DNA of 64,000 bases from Squalus acanthias. Taxonomy: Eukaryota. The notes under the pieces were generated by a model. It was given only the letters and a program-made list of their open reading frames with translations. It was not told the DNA's origin and searched no databases. Shown in pieces: positions 39,020 through 52,646 of the stretch. The position numbers were made by a program, and so were the translations under genes. Every line of letters begins with the position of its first letter. Position 1 is the stretch's first letter. The stretch is from positions 80,726,001-80,790,000 of the forward strand of contig CM059432.1 of assembly GCA_030390025.1 (NCBI GenBank), read 5' to 3'.

Positions 39020-39439
39020 ATGTAATCCATTGAATTGCTGAGAAATGATAACACAACTCACCACTAGGTGGTCACTGCTGCAATAACTAATATAGCTGTC
39101 AATATTGCCAAACCTTATTTATCAAATATATAAAAGTGCTTTGGTAAGCATTTGGTATAGTCTGTATAATCAAATCAACTAAATTCAGATGAATATTACA
39201 GGCTTTTTTAAACTTTGGTAGTGCCCAGTTTTTAGAATTTATATTTTCATATATTTTATGGTACTCCTATATAACCTAAAACTATTTAAAGTAAATGCAG
39301 CAAACAGACAGAAAAGGACTTTCCATTTTTAATAGGTCAATTTTTAATACATCAATAGTATTATCATAAAAATTGTTCTTATTGAAGAAGGATTACATCT
39401 TGGGCTAAGTTGCGGTACATTTTGGTTCACACAAAACAT

Positions 39440-39862
39440 TTTCGGGATGTGGGCATCACTGGCAAGGTCGGGATTCATTGCCCATCCCTAGTTGTCCTGA
39501 AAAGGTGGTGGTGGGCCTTCTTCATGAACTGCTGCAGTCATTATTCTTTGCAGCAGTTTGACAGAAGTGAGTGGGTTGCCAAGTCACTTCAGAGGGCAGT
39601 TAAGAGTTAACCATGTTGGTGTGGGACTGGAGTCACATATAGGCCAGACCAGGTAAGGAAGGCAGGTTTCCATCCCTAAAGGACATTAGTGAATCAATTG
39701 GGTTTTTATGACAATCTGATAGCTTCATGGTCATTTTTTACTGACACCAATTTTTATTTCCAGATTTTTTTTAACTGAGTTCAATTCTCAAACTGTCCTG
39801 GTGGGATTTGAACTCACATTCTCTGGATTATTAGACCAGTAACATAATCACTACACCATCAT
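39440..39862 (-). mobile_element. SINE of the same family as 11128-11470
   Basis: Reverse-complement homology across head, core and LINE-like tail. Confidence 0.75.
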
Positions 39863-40224
39863 TGCCTAATCTTATTCAGATAGTCTAACACACTTAAACA
39901 TCACCATCCATTGAGGGCTTTTTTGTGAGAGGGCAAGGAATTTGTGCGGAGGTTCAGTGTGCTTTATTGTAAATTGTACTGTTATTTGCTGTTGGTGCCT
40001 TCTCATCTCTCCTCTGACGTTAGCTACGCCTTCCATCATTGAAAGGTGTTGGAGCATATGAGTGAGATCTAGTCAAATGGGCCACCAGTAATGGAGCTCT
40101 AACTGCTTCATATTTCATATGCTTTCATATAGTCAAAGCACATACTTAGTGCAACTGTTAACTTCCCTATGCTGTATCACAAATTGCCATTTTAGCAGAA
40201 ATAGCTTGCCTTAAGAATAATGAA

Positions 40225-40665
40225 GAAAGATTTGTATTTATATGGCATCTTTCATGTCCTCAGGACATCCCAAAGCACTTCACAGTCAATTAATTACTTT
40301 TGAAGTGTAGTCATTTTGTAGGCAAATGGAGCAGTCAATTTTTCACAACAAGGTTCCACAAATGGCAGTGAGATGAATGATCATTTAATCTATCTCTTTT
40401 GGTGGTGTTGGTTGAAGGATGAATGTTGGCCGGAACACTGGGAGGATGCCCTGCTCTTTTTTACAAAATTGCCATAAGATCTTTTACGTCCACTTGAACA
40501 TGATACGAGACCACTGTTTAATACCTTATCTGCAAGACAGCACCTCCAACAATGCAATCACTTCCTCAGTACTGCTTTGAAGCATCAGGCTCAATATTGT
40601 GCTCAGGTCCTGGAGTGGCGTTTAAACCCATAGCCTTTTGACTCCGAGGCAAGCATGCTACCATA
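40225..40665 (-). mobile_element. DeuSINE, near complete
   Basis: Reverse complement of Deu-domain motifs (CCTCAGTACTGC, CCCTGCTCTT). Confidence 0.7.
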
Positions 40666-40751
40666 GATCCATGGTGCCACTCCTAATAATTTGTATCCCG
40701 TGTAGTACCTAAAGCTCCAAATGAACCCTGCAGATATTTTATTCAGGCATA

Positions 40752-43700
40752 AAGCACATAGAGCAAGCAATAGGCATGCTGAAGATGCGCTTCAGATACC
40801 ATGACAGATCTAGAGGAGCCCTTCAGTACGCACCAGCCAGGGTGTCCAGAATCATTGGTGTTTGCTGCACGCTGCACCACATAGCGCTGCAGCGAGGATT
40901 GGAGCTGCAGGAGGAGCAAGGCGTAGAGCGCACAGCTTCTTCTTCAGAGGAGAAGGAACAGGTGGAAGTTGATAAGGAGGAGGAGGAGGAATCTGAGGTG
41001 GAGATGGCACCAGCAGTGGCACACATTGCTGCCCAGGAGGCCCGAGATGGCCTCATAATGACCAGATTTACTTAACTTGCTCCAATGCACCCATATGGCT
41101 GCCACATGCTGTACTTAATCCCCCCTCCCACAACAGCAGCATAAAGCAGGCCTACAATGACCAATCCATTTCTCACACCCAAACCCCCATTGCTCGAGGT
41201 TAAGTAATGTCTCACCATTCACTCCAAGTGACAAGGCCACTTCCCAGGTAGCAGGCAAAAATGGACAAGACCGGAAAGTGGTGCAAAGAAATACATTTAT
41301 CTGTGTCTACAGCCCTAGAGCAGTGTAGCGATTTGGGTAAAAATAAGCAGAGTGTGACAGGAAGGGACAGAGAGTTTAACAGTAGCAGTGCAGCAGAGAA
41401 TAAGGTCAAAGCAGGGAATAATGGGACAGAATATTAATCAAGAAATAGTAGGAGCTTGCAACAAAGGTAATGCAATAATCTTGGGGACTTTAATCTTCAT
41501 ATAGACTGACAAATCGAATTGGCAAAGGTAGTCTGGAGGACGAGTTCATGGAATGCATTTGCGACAGTTTCCTAGAACAATATGTCATGGAACCAACCCG
41601 GGAACAGGCTATTTTAGATCTTGTATTGTGTAATGAGACAGGGTTAATTAGCAATCTCATAGTAAAGGATCCTCTGGGGAAGAGTGATCATAATATTACA
41701 GAATTTCACCTTAATTTTGAGAGTGACTTGCCTAAGTTCGAAACTAGAGTCTTAAACTTAAATAAAGCCAATTACATAGGTATGAGGGGCGAGTTGGCTA
41801 AGGTAGATTGGAAAAATAGATTAAAAGATATGGCAGTAGTGGCTAGCATTTAAAGAAATATTTCATAATTCTCAACAAAAATATATTCTATTGAGAAACA
41901 AAAACTCCACAGGAAAAGTGATCCAACCGTGGCTAACTAAAGAAGTTAAGGATAGCATTAGATTGAAAGAAGAAGCTTATAATGTTGCAAAGAATAATAG
42001 TAAGCCTGAGGATTGGGAGCGTTTCAGAAACCAGCAAAGGTTGACCAAAAAATTGATAAAAAGAGAAAAAATAAAATACGAGAGAAAACTAGCAAGAAAT
42101 ATAAAGCAGATTGTAAGAGCTTCTACAAGTGTGTAAAAATGAAGAGAGTAGCAAAAGTAAACATTGGTCCCTTAGAGGCTGAGACAGGAGAAATTATTAT
42201 GGTGAATAAGGAAATGACATCATTGCCATCGCCTGCGAGATGGTGGTGCTCATGTTGCAAATGGACTCCTCCATTCTCTGCACATTTGCAGACATTGCGG
42301 CTGCAAAAGCTGCCAGAGCCTCATGCAATTGTTACTGCTCCTCATAGACCACCCTCTTCTCGATGGCCCCCGAGGTTCAGCATTTGCATGGAGCTCAACA
42401 GAGCTTGGAGCGTCCTGCGCCCTCCAGCGAGGAGTCTCCACTGCTGTCCCTGACAACACCACCTGCTCTTGCTCACTTGTGAATTGTGAGACACCAGGTG
42501 ACAACACTACTCTAGCTCGCACAGGAGCCACCGAGGTGTGCGTATCAGCGCTGGTGCTGGCTGCGCTTGGGTCTGCTGACGCTGCACCCTCAGAGGCTGG
42601 AGGTTCCTCTGAGGAGTCGTCTTCCTCCTCTGGCTGGGCAGTGGTGGTGGGGGGGGGGCACTTGATGGACCTGTGGGAGAGTAAAGAGATGAATTAAAAG
42701 TGTTATAATAAGAATGGGCAACGTTACCATTATGCTCATGATGACATTTCACTGGCTGCTGACAACAGTCACCATATGAGTGACTGCTGTATGCCATGTG
42801 GCTGTATGAGATGTAATTCTGTCACCAGGTTGCTGGGATGTCCCCCTCTCTCTGTCTCCCACCGCCAGCAGCTCTGCAACTCCAGAGATCTCCAGGGCCT
42901 CCTCCTCAGCTGGAGTCAATTGACTGAAGACTGGAGGGCCACCTCTGGTTCTCTGCCTCTCCCTATTGTTGTGGGCTTTCTTCTGCAAGTAGGGAAAGAA
43001 GAGAACTTTGAGTCAGAGTGATGGAATGAGTGTAAGGAATGGATGGTCTACATCTGTAGAGGGTGACTTTGAGGGAGTGGCGTGACATTGCTAAATGTCC
43101 TCCTGTGGTGTTACTTGCTATGATTGCATTAGGATGAGGGTGCGTGTCAGTGGTGGTTAGTCAGATGGGGATGTGAGTATGTACATAGACAGAGAGGATG
43201 GGTGGACCTGCAAGGTAGGTTGGTGTGAGGAATGATGTGCAGGGGTAGGCTTGTAAAGGCAGAGTGATGGGGTGGTAGTGACAGGCACATCAGGATGTAG
43301 GTGAGTGTGGCTATGCACTCAACTTTCCTGACCTCATGAGATCATTGAATCTTTTCCGGCACTGGATCCACGTCCTCGTGACCACATCCCTGCTGCTGAT
43401 CTCCTTTGCGATCTCCAACCATGCCCTTTTTGTGTCTTTGGGTGGTCGTTTGCGTCGATCGCCAGGGAAGAGGACCTCCTAGCATGCTCTTACTGCCTGC
43501 ATCTGAACTTCCAGCAATGCATCATTGAATCTAGACGTGGCCCTCTGCCTTGTCTCCATGACCCACAATTTTATCAGTTTTATCACGTTATTGAGACCTC
43601 TGGAAACCAACTTAGGCACTCCTACATCAACCTTCAAATGAGATGTGCAAGGCTGCTTTAAATATCAGCGCTGGAAACGAGTCATCGATGACGTCATCAG

Positions 43701-43859
43701 ACCCGCTCCATTTAATTGGGCCGGAAAACGCATGACTGTTTTAATTGGGGCTATTAAGTAAAAGATGCACTGGTGAACGCACTGTTCACATCTTCGGGTT
43801 CCCGACCTGCTATGCGGCCCGCAAGCACGCAACCCGACTCCAAGGTAAAGATTCCGGCC
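40752..43859. mobile_element. Decayed Harbinger element: transposase C-terminus (+, ~40755-41075) convergent with a 3-exon Myb/SANT gene (-, 43559 to ~42220); CR1 fragment nested at ~41305-42215
   Basis: IEQAIGMLKMRFR...VCCTLHHIA; METRQRATSRFNDALLE...WLEIAKEISSRDVVTRTWIQCRKRFNDL; terminus AAAGATTCCGGCC at 43859. Confidence 0.82.
41305..42215 (+). mobile_element. CR1 ORF2 endonuclease/linker fragment, same family as 8860-10130
   Basis: EPTREQAILDLVLCNETGLISNL...GKSDHNITEF. Confidence 0.85.
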
Positions 43860-44059
43860 ACTGTCTGATTAGATACTGAGATTGTGTTCATTTCCCTTGA
43901 GGATTGATTACGTTTATAATGGTCAAGTGTTTTGACTTATGAACTCACCATAACACGTCCTTTATTTATGACTTATCCTGCTGGTGCTTCAACTGCGTGA
44001 ATTGAAACTATTTTCATTTAGATGTGTTTAATTAAGTGTTCTCTATTGGCAAACATCAA

Positions 44060-44925
44060 GGGCTGGATTTTACCAGCCCTGAGGAGGCGGGTTTGGAGGC
44101 GGGACTGCTGGGAAAATCAAAAAGAATGGGAGCGGGTCCCGAACCCACTCCCAACCCACCTCCAACCAATCTTCCCGGGAGTCGGGTCCCCAATTTGCGC
44201 AGGGACCCGACTCCTAGAGGTGGGAAGAGGATTATAGCCACTTAACTGCCTGTTAATAGGTAGTTAACAGGCAGTTAAGAGGCTGTTTCCCATTTTGCCA
44301 CTTCTGCTGCGGGCTTCCCGATGTCGGGGAACCCCGCCAGGGTAAGTGAGGCATGCTGTGGGTCTGTTGTTATGTTTGTGTATAGATGACAGCTGTAGAA
44401 GTGGTGTGAAGGATGCAATGGGACACTGGTGAGTATCAGAGGTAAGGAAATGTTGGGAAAGTCATTTTTAATGTGTTTAGATTTTTCTGTAGGTGACAAG
44501 CTCAGAAGTGTTTGTGTGGCCTCACCTCAATGGGAGAAGTGACAGATCGCTTCTGTACCCTCACCTGCAGCTGCCATCTGTTTTATCCTAAGGAGAGAGT
44601 CATTGGAGAGTCTGGGTGCAAGGGCTCACCTTTGTACAGTGATCGTCAGTGTTTGACAGCACCTCAATGCTGTCAAACACTGTCAAATCACCTGTCAAAA
44701 ATATATGGTTCATGTGCCTTTAAGAAAACCGGCAGATGAAGCGTAATCAACTGACGTCATCTGACACCGGCTTTCCCTTAATTGGCCAGCAAGCCCACAG
44801 GGCGGTCTTAACAAGGCCAATCAGGGGAAATAGCTTATGTGCATTGGACGTCGCTGCGGGTGGGACTAGAACCCAAAAGGCAGCAGTCTCGCCCCCAACT
44901 CGTCTCGGTGAGTAAAATCCAGCCT
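44060..44925. mobile_element. PIF/Harbinger MITE
   Basis: TIRs GGGCTGGATTTTAC and GTAAAATCCAGCCT; TSD CAA/CAA. Confidence 0.85.
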
Positions 44926-46554
44926 CAAATGTTCCATCTGACCCTCCAGCAAAATTAAATTGGTAGGGATTGGGGGTGCTTGGCGCAGGAACACGTGGAT
45001 TTTGATTACATAGAAACATAGAAACATAGAAACTAGGAGCAGGAGTAGGCCATTCGGCCCGTCGAGCCTGCTCCACCATTCAATACGATCATGGCTGATC
45101 ATCCAAATCCAGTACCCTGTCCCTGCTTTAATCCCCACAGTACACATATCCCACCCTACCCCCGTAACCCCACGTATTTTAATTCCCCCTAACATTAGAG
45201 AATGTTTCTAAATTATTTAAAATTGTAGTCAGTCCAGCAGCCTTTGTTTTTGAAAAAAACATTCATTAGAAATCAGAATTTTATTTCCATCCATTCTGGT
45301 CAAAACACTAAAATATCTGGGTCACTTTTTATAATTTTGTTTTAAGATGTTACTAACTTAGGATTCAATGGAAAAAATATTGTCAGTCTTCCAAGTCTGA
45401 GCTTTCAATTCGTTGCAGAACTTGCATCGAAAGCCTGTTTTCATCCAGTGTAGTCCCTTTTATAAACTTTCCAGCATCTCCAAAATGGGCAGTGGGAACC
45501 AGAGAAAAAAAACAAGCTAGATAAGAGGTTTAAAGCTTAATGTTTATGAAAAAGTTAGAAAGGATAGGATGGGTTATATTAGTTTCAGAATGAAAAAAAG
45601 TAAAGATGGACAATTGGAAAAGAGAGGATGCTGGAAAAGTGGAGACGACAGCCTGAGCTATATTAAAGCAGGGTTTATCTTCATTTAAAATTGTATTTAG
45701 GCACATATGTTCATTGTATTAGGTTAATATTGCAGTAATAATAATAGTTGCATACGTAGCAACAGTGACTACACTTTAAAAAGTAATCCATCAAATGTAA
45801 AATGCTTTGGGCATTCTGCGGACATAATAAGATGCGATATAAATGCAATTTCTTTCTTGATAAAACTGCTTCTGTTGTGCGAGTAGTTATTTTACTATAT
45901 TAATACTGTTATTTTCAGTAACTGAATGTGTGAGCTGAAGCGAACTTAACCAGCTGGTCAGGAAAGACAGTGATTTCCTTGGTCCTTTTTAAGGTTAAAA
46001 TCGAGCGTGGGTCGGGGGAGGCCGGGCGGGGGGTACAAGGAGACAGCTCTGTTCTGATACCAGTCATGTGTAAACTGAAAAGCTATTTCTACATGGAATA
46101 ATAAATAGGTGTTGCATGAAGGGTGATGGGGAGGTGGATGGGAGAAGGGAACGGAGAGGAGAGAGTTAGAGGAGATTGAGATGAGGATGGGAAAGGTGAT
46201 GAACTCCCTCTCCCTCTGCCAGGCCTTCAGTTTTTTCTCAGTGATGAGCAGGGGAGGTGTGGAGGTGAATGTCTTTCCCCCAGCATCCAATTGCATACTG
46301 TACCGGGGTGGGGGATAACATGATACTGGGGAAGGAGGTAATCCCTCCCCTTGGCTCCACCAGTTTTTGTTCATTGGTGGTGGTGGGATGGCGGGGGTGG
46401 GGGATGGTTGGTGTGCTGGGGTTGAGGGACATTTATTCTCAGCAGGGTAGAAATGGGAACTAAAAATCACTCTCAAGATGACTGATGATAAATGCCTTGG
46501 ATTGTAGGACAAGCGGGTTCAGCACGGGAGGATCGAGATACGAGTTTTTTAAAA

Positions 46555-47270
46555 TTTGTTTTTATGGGATGTGGGCGTCGCTGGCAAGGCCAGCATTTAT
46601 TGCCCATCCCTAATTGCCCTCGAGAAGGTGCTGGTGAGCTGCCTTGTTGAACTGCTGCAGTCCATATGGTGAAGGTACTCGCACAGTGCTGTTAGGGAGG
46701 GAGTTCCAGGATTTTGACCCAGCGACGATGAAGGATCGGCGATATACTTCTAAGTCAGGATGGTGTGTGACTTGGAGGGGAACTTGGAGGTGGTGGTGTT
46801 CCCATGCGCCTGCTGCCCTTGTCCTTCTAGGTGGAAGAGGTCGCGGGTTTGGGAGGTGCTGCCGAAGAAGCCTTGGCGAGTTGCTGCAGTGCATCTTGTA
46901 GATGGTACACACTGCAGCCACGGTATGTCGGTGGTGGAGGGAGTGAATGTTTAAGGTGGTGGATGGGGTGCCAGTCAAGTGGGCTGCTTTGTCCTGGATG
47001 GTGTCGAGCTTCTTGAGTGTTGTTCGAGCTGAACTCATCCAGGCAAGTGGAGAGTATTCCATCACACTCCTTACTTGTGCCTTGTAGATGGTGGGAAGGC
47101 TTTGGGGAGTCAGGAGGTGAGACACTCGCCGCAGAATACCTAGCCTCTGACCTGCTCTTGTTGCCACAGTATTTATGTGGCTGGTCCAGTTAAGTTTCTG
47201 GTCAAATGTGACCCCCCAGGATGTTGATGGTGGGGGATTTGGCGATGGTAATGTCGTTGAATGTCAAGGA
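46555..47270 (-). mobile_element. Zenon-like LINE 3' end
   Basis: ORF 46610-47167(-): YKAQVRSVMEYSPLAWMS...LDTIQDKAA. Confidence 0.85.
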
Positions 47271-47379
47271 TAATGAAGTTATCTAGTAAACCATACATCA
47301 GAATGAGCAGATATAAATAAGGATTGTGGAGATCAGGGAGAAAATTTTGGACTTGTCATGAAGGAATGGAGGCAGAGTG

Positions 47380-47560
47380 CTGTCAAGTGCATTTAAGTGG
47401 AAGCTAGATAAGTACATCAGAGAGAAAGGAATAGAAGGTTATGCTGATAGGGTTGGATGAAGTAGGGTGGGAGTAGGCTTGTGTGAAGCAATAACACCGG
47501 CATAGACCAGTTGGGCTGAATTGCCTGTTTCTGTACTGTGGATTCTATGTAATTCTATGT
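47380..47560 (+). mobile_element. CR1 3' tail fragment
   Basis: Homologous to 51750-51910; tail ATTCTATGTAATTCTATGTA. Confidence 0.7.
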
Positions 47561-47617
47561 ATTGTTACTATATGGGGACAATACATGGGCAGTATTTTGT
47601 TGAAAGCAGAAATAAGA

Positions 47618-47890
47618 ACAAGATGCACTGCAGCAACTTGCCAAGGCTTCTTCGGCAGCACCTCCCAAACCCGCGACCTCTTCCACCTAGAAGGACAAGG
47701 GCAGCAGGCTCATGGGAACACCACCACCTCCAAGTTCCCCTCCAAGTCACACACCATCCTGACTTAGAAGTATATCGCCGATCCTTCATCGTCGCTGGGT
47801 CAAAATCCTGGAACTCCCTACCTAACAGCACTGTAGGAGTGCCTTCACCACATGGACTGCAGCGTTCAAGAAGTTGGCTCACCACCACAA
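47618..47890 (+). mobile_element. Zenon-like LINE fragment, inverted relative to 46630-46900
   Basis: Near-identical peptide KMHCSN.PRLLRQHLPNPRPLPPRRTRAAG. Confidence 0.8.
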
Positions 47891-48410
47891 AGAACAAAAG
47901 GGAAGGCCTGTGATAGGATGGAAGGCAGGAGAGATTAAGAGACAAAAGGGATGATGGTGCAAGGCAAAAGGAGATGGTAATGGGACAAGTTAAGAAACAA
48001 AAGATGACTCTAGATGAAGTGTAAATGGCAATGGCAGAATCCAGGGCCCCAAACACTCCTTCCAGGTGAAACAGCGATTTACTTGTACTTCTTGCATTTA
48101 GTATATTGTATTCGCTGCTCACGATGCGGTCTCCTCTACATTGAGGAGACCAAACTTAGATTGGGTGACCGCTTTGCAGAACACCTCCGTTCAGTCCGTA
48201 AGGGTGACCCCGAGCTTCCGGTCGTCTGTCACTTTAATTCTCTGCTCCACTCCCACTCTGACCTGTCCATCCTCGGCCTCTTACACTGTTCCAATGAAGC
48301 TCAACGTAAGCTCAAGGAACAGCACCTCATCTTTCGATTAGGCACTTTACAGCCTTCTGGACTCAACATCGAGTTGAACAATTTCAGACCATAACCTCTG
48401 CCCCTATCAT
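47890..48410 (+). mobile_element. PLE family B-related fragment: GIY-YIG endonuclease region preceded by an inverted UTR piece
   Basis: LVYCIRCSRCGLLYIEETKLRLGDRFAEHLRSV...GLNIE; 47890-48035 is antisense to sequence like 33520-33610. Confidence 0.8.
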
Positions 48411-49139
48411 TATTTTTTTTTCTCTCTCTCACATGGCAGCTGTCGATCCTGCAAAGTAACCCCATGTGATGTGAAACACAAAAGAACTAGTAGCTGCATG
48501 TAAAGACATTGCAATAAAGCAAATAAATCTTAGACTACCTGTGATAAGTATTTGGCACCTGTTGCCATCCTCTCACACAGGTTCACTCATTATGTGCAGC
48601 ACCTCCTCTTCGTGTGCACTCAGGGTTTTCAGCAATGCTGTTCCTACGCCGGTTGTATTTCTTTGGTGCTGGTTGTAGGTCATCTTTTTCTTTGGAGGAA
48701 AAGAAGACAATGTTAATTGGCAAATGGGTGGTACAGACACTTTCCCTCATATAAATGCATGCATTCTATGATGATGAGTTTGAGGTATATTCTCCATTTA
48801 AATTAAGTGATCTTGAACACTAGCTATAACCCTTGTGGCAGGCAATCTGAGTTGGCGGAACTGTTTTGAGTAAAGAAAGTTTGAGTTTTTGCAGAGGTTG
48901 ACCTTTGTAGAAGTGAGGTCCCCTGACACCCAGATGCTGAGACAGAAGGAGTATACGAGGTAAAGAGATCAGTGAAGACTGTCTGAGTGGTAGAGAATGT
49001 GTATTGGCAAGAGTGCCCAGACTTACCTTAGCTACCCTCATGAGGTCCTAGATCCACTTCCGGTGCAATGTGGAAGTTCTTGGGGTGGTGGAGGTTGCAC
49101 TGACTGCTTCTGCCACCTGGTCCATATAGTCTGCACAAT

Positions 49140-49545
49140 GCTCTTATGGGGCTTACTGATCTATATGCACAACAGTCTTGCTCTTTTGGCCTGACTTCTG
49201 CCAAAATGACATTCAGGAATGCATTTGAGAATCCCCAAGGTTCCTTGGTCACTTTGGCAGGAGTCAGGGCCAGAAGAGCAAGACTGGGCTGTGGTTGGAG
49301 CAGAGGAAGGCAATGTTACGGAGGTGGAAGTAGGTAGTCTTTGTGATGGAGAAGATATGGGATCAGAAGTTCTGCTCCAATTTAAATAGGATGCAATGGA
49401 TGTGAGCAGTCTGGTTCAGCATGAGACAGTGGCCAGGGGGGGATGGAGTGGGTAACAAGGGTATGAAGTTTGTGGTGGAGCTGAAGATAATAGCTTCGTT
49501 CTCCTTAATGCTTAGCAGAAGGAAGTAAAACTCATCCAAAACTGG
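49140..49545 (-). mobile_element. Degraded L2 LINE fragment
   Basis: Minus strand reads ITKTTYFHLRNIA, resembling the L2 motif AFFHLRNIA. Confidence 0.6.
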
Positions 49546-50531
49546 GGCCTGAATTTCCTTCCCATTGGTAGGTTAGTGGTAGAGCGGGAATACCACCACT
49601 AACCCATTACTATTTCATCTCGGGATCCTCATTGCCAGACAGGGCAGTTTTGGAGCAGGAATACTGCTCCAGCTAGGATTAGTGCTGGGATGGAGGGAAA
49701 TACAGTTGTGGTGCAGTTTCTGCATTCCCAAAGGCTGGGGAACAGGAGATAGGAAGCCGGGGAGCGGGAAAAAGGAGGCTGGGGATTGCTTCACCCCTCA
49801 ATGACAGAGCCTCTGACCATCACGTCTCTGAACCCTAAAATATTCTCTCCAAACCCCTTTGCCTTGCTACCTGTCTCCCCATCTTCAATAATTCCTCAAG
49901 CCTAACTCTTTCACATGTCTTCAGACACCTCCCATTACTGCTCTAATACTCAGTGTTCACCACTCTTCCTGTAAAGCACCTTGGGGAGTTTTATTAAATG
50001 AAAGGTGCTATAAAAACGTAAGTTACTACTATTGATGGTGAATTAGTGTTTGGACATTTACAATGAAACTACGCATTAGCAATTAGTGATCAGTAATTCA
50101 AGAGCTCATCAAACCCTAAGTTTAATTACAGTAGTTTCCGTAGGGGAATTCATGATCCAGTGCTCCCAGTGGAAGATGGTGGTTACAGATACTGCTCACA
50201 AAATCATGCTTGCAATTTCCTGGGATGCACTGTCCCTGCAAGTGCTGTTCCGCACTGGGAGCGCCAGATTGTGGAATCTGCTATAATTAACCGTTGAGGA
50301 ATTTGATAAGCTCTTGACTTATTGATTACCAAAATTTGCTGAGTGTACTAATAATGTAAGAACATGGGACCTGAAATGCCTGGAGGTGGAGAGCAGGCCC
50401 ATCACGCACAATTTAAGTTGGAGCCAGGTTTTTTTTTATTAATTCATTCTCGGGATATGGGCGTCATGAGCGAGGCCAGCATTTATTGCCAGTTCCTAAG
50501 GATAATGGGCAATAATCTTTGCTTGGTCAGA

Positions 50532-51912
50532 AGTTAATATAGACCAGTGAGCTTAACATTGGTGGTAGGAAAAGTAATGGAATCCCTACTAAAGGAGAAA
50601 ATAGAAGAACATCTAGAAGCCAAAAATATAATAATGAATAGTCAGCATGGATTTCAAAAGGAAAAGTCCTGCTTGACCAACTTCATTGAATTTTTTGAAG
50701 AGGTAACAGAGAGAATAGACAAGGGTAATGTAGTAGATGTAATTTATCTAGATTTTCAAAAGATCTTCGATAAGGTACCACATAATAGACTAATGAATAA
50801 GGTCAGAGTCAAGGGATAAGTAGCAGAATGGATAGCTAGCTGGCTTCAATACAGAAAGCAGAGAGTAGGGGTAAAGAGTGGCTATTCATCGTGGCAGAAG
50901 GTGGATAGTGGTGTTCCACAAGGATCAGTGCTGGGACCACTGTTGTTCACAATTTATATTAACGATTTAGACTTTGGAATCAAAAACACAATTTCTAAAT
51001 TTGCAGATGACACCAAATTGGGGGGATAGTTAATACTGAGGAGGACTGCAACAAATTACAGGAAAACATTAATAAACTTGCAGAATGAGCATATAATTGG
51101 CAAATGAAATTCAACACCGATAAATGTGAGGTATTACATTTTGGTAGGAAGAATAGAGAGGTCACTTATTACTTGGAGGGAGTGAGTCTGGGTGGGGTAG
51201 AGGAGCAAAGGGATCTCGGAGTACAAATACACAAATCACTAAAAGTAGCGACACAGGTTAACAAGGCCATAAAAAAAAGCAAACCAGGCACTAGCGTTTA
51301 TTTCTAGAGGGATAGTATTGAAAAGTAGTGAAGTTATGCTAAACTTGTATCAAACCTTGGTTAGACCACACTTGGATTACTGCGTACAATTCTGGTCGCC
51401 ATATTATAGAAAAGATATAGAGGCACTGGCGAGGGTGCAGAGAAGAATTACAAGGATGATACCAGAAATGCAAGGGTATACATATCAGGAAAGGATGAAC
51501 AGGCTGGGTCTCTTTTTGCTTGAAAAAACAAGGCTGAGGGGTGACCTAATTGAGGTCATTAAAATTATGAAAGGTTTTGATAGAGTAGATACAGAGAGAG
51601 TGTTTCCACTTGTGGGGAAGAGCATAACTAGAGACCATCAATATAATATAGTCACCAAGAAATCAAATAGGGAATTGAGAAGAAACATCTTTACCCAGAG
51701 CGTGATGAGAATGTGGAACTCGCTACCACATGGAGTAGTTGAGGAAAATAGTATAGATGCATTTAAGGGGAGGCTAGATAAGCATATGAAGGAGAAGGGA
51801 ATAGAGGGTTATGCTGATAGAGTTAGATGAGGAAAGACGGGACGAGGCTCGAGTGGAGCATGGACTAGTTGGGCCGAATGGCCTGTTTCTGTGCCATATA
51901 TCCTATGTAATC
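50532..51912 (+). mobile_element. CR1 LINE RT region and 3' end
   Basis: [33 protein letters not shown] and LVRPHLDYCVQFW. Confidence 0.93.
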
Positions 51913-52302
51913 TGGAGGGGATTAATTACCTTTATTTAAATGATTTATGACTCCCTTAGGGCTGAAGAACAATGTTTTTACTTTTACTTTTGATCTGGGA
52001 AGGGCCTCTGAGACCCTCTAGTGGATGGGCTGTAGGCCGCTCTGTGTTCCGCTGGCCAATCACCGGGTGGGTGCCTCTGTTGCACCCTTACAAGTGTGGG
52101 CTGCCCACTCTGACAGATGTTAATGATGCCATTCCCACAATTTAGGGCAGGATCTGTCCCCTTCACTGTGGGCAGACAGGACTTGCACTCCACTACACTT
52201 CCACCGGAAAAGCAGGACTCCTGGAATAACGGCTCTATTATCTTTTGTGCACTTTTTGGCTTTTTCTGGGAACTCTGTCTAATGGCTTTATTCCTTAAAC
52301 AG

Positions 52303-52366
52303 GGCTTTCTATCTGGACAAATCAAATTTGCCTCTGAATTCATCCAAAGCTGCCGCAATAGATAAG
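52303..52366 (+). CDS. PREX2: PREX2 coding exon, (R)AFYLDKSNLPLNSSKAAAIDK
   Basis: Acceptor ccttaaacag| and donor |gtaatt; 64 bp; completes the split AG|G Arg codon from the exon ending at 22409. Confidence 0.92.
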
Positions 52367-52646
52367 GTAATTAAGATAAACTTGAGAATCTTTATATTTA
52401 AATACATATAGAATTTACTCATTCACTGAATGGATTAAAATTTGTAGGATTGTTTTAATTTCTAACAAGTTTTTCTTTTAAAGTAGGCCCTAATATTGTC
52501 AAGCTTTTATAAGAAAATAAATGGCTTTAATTTCCTTGCACAGTCCAGAAAATTGTATATAGTTGTGGCACTGAACAATTTTTGTTCTTCATCAGCTTCT
52601 CTTGTTAACTTTTAGTCCCTAAGCTTCTCTAACTTTCTGCCTGCAG

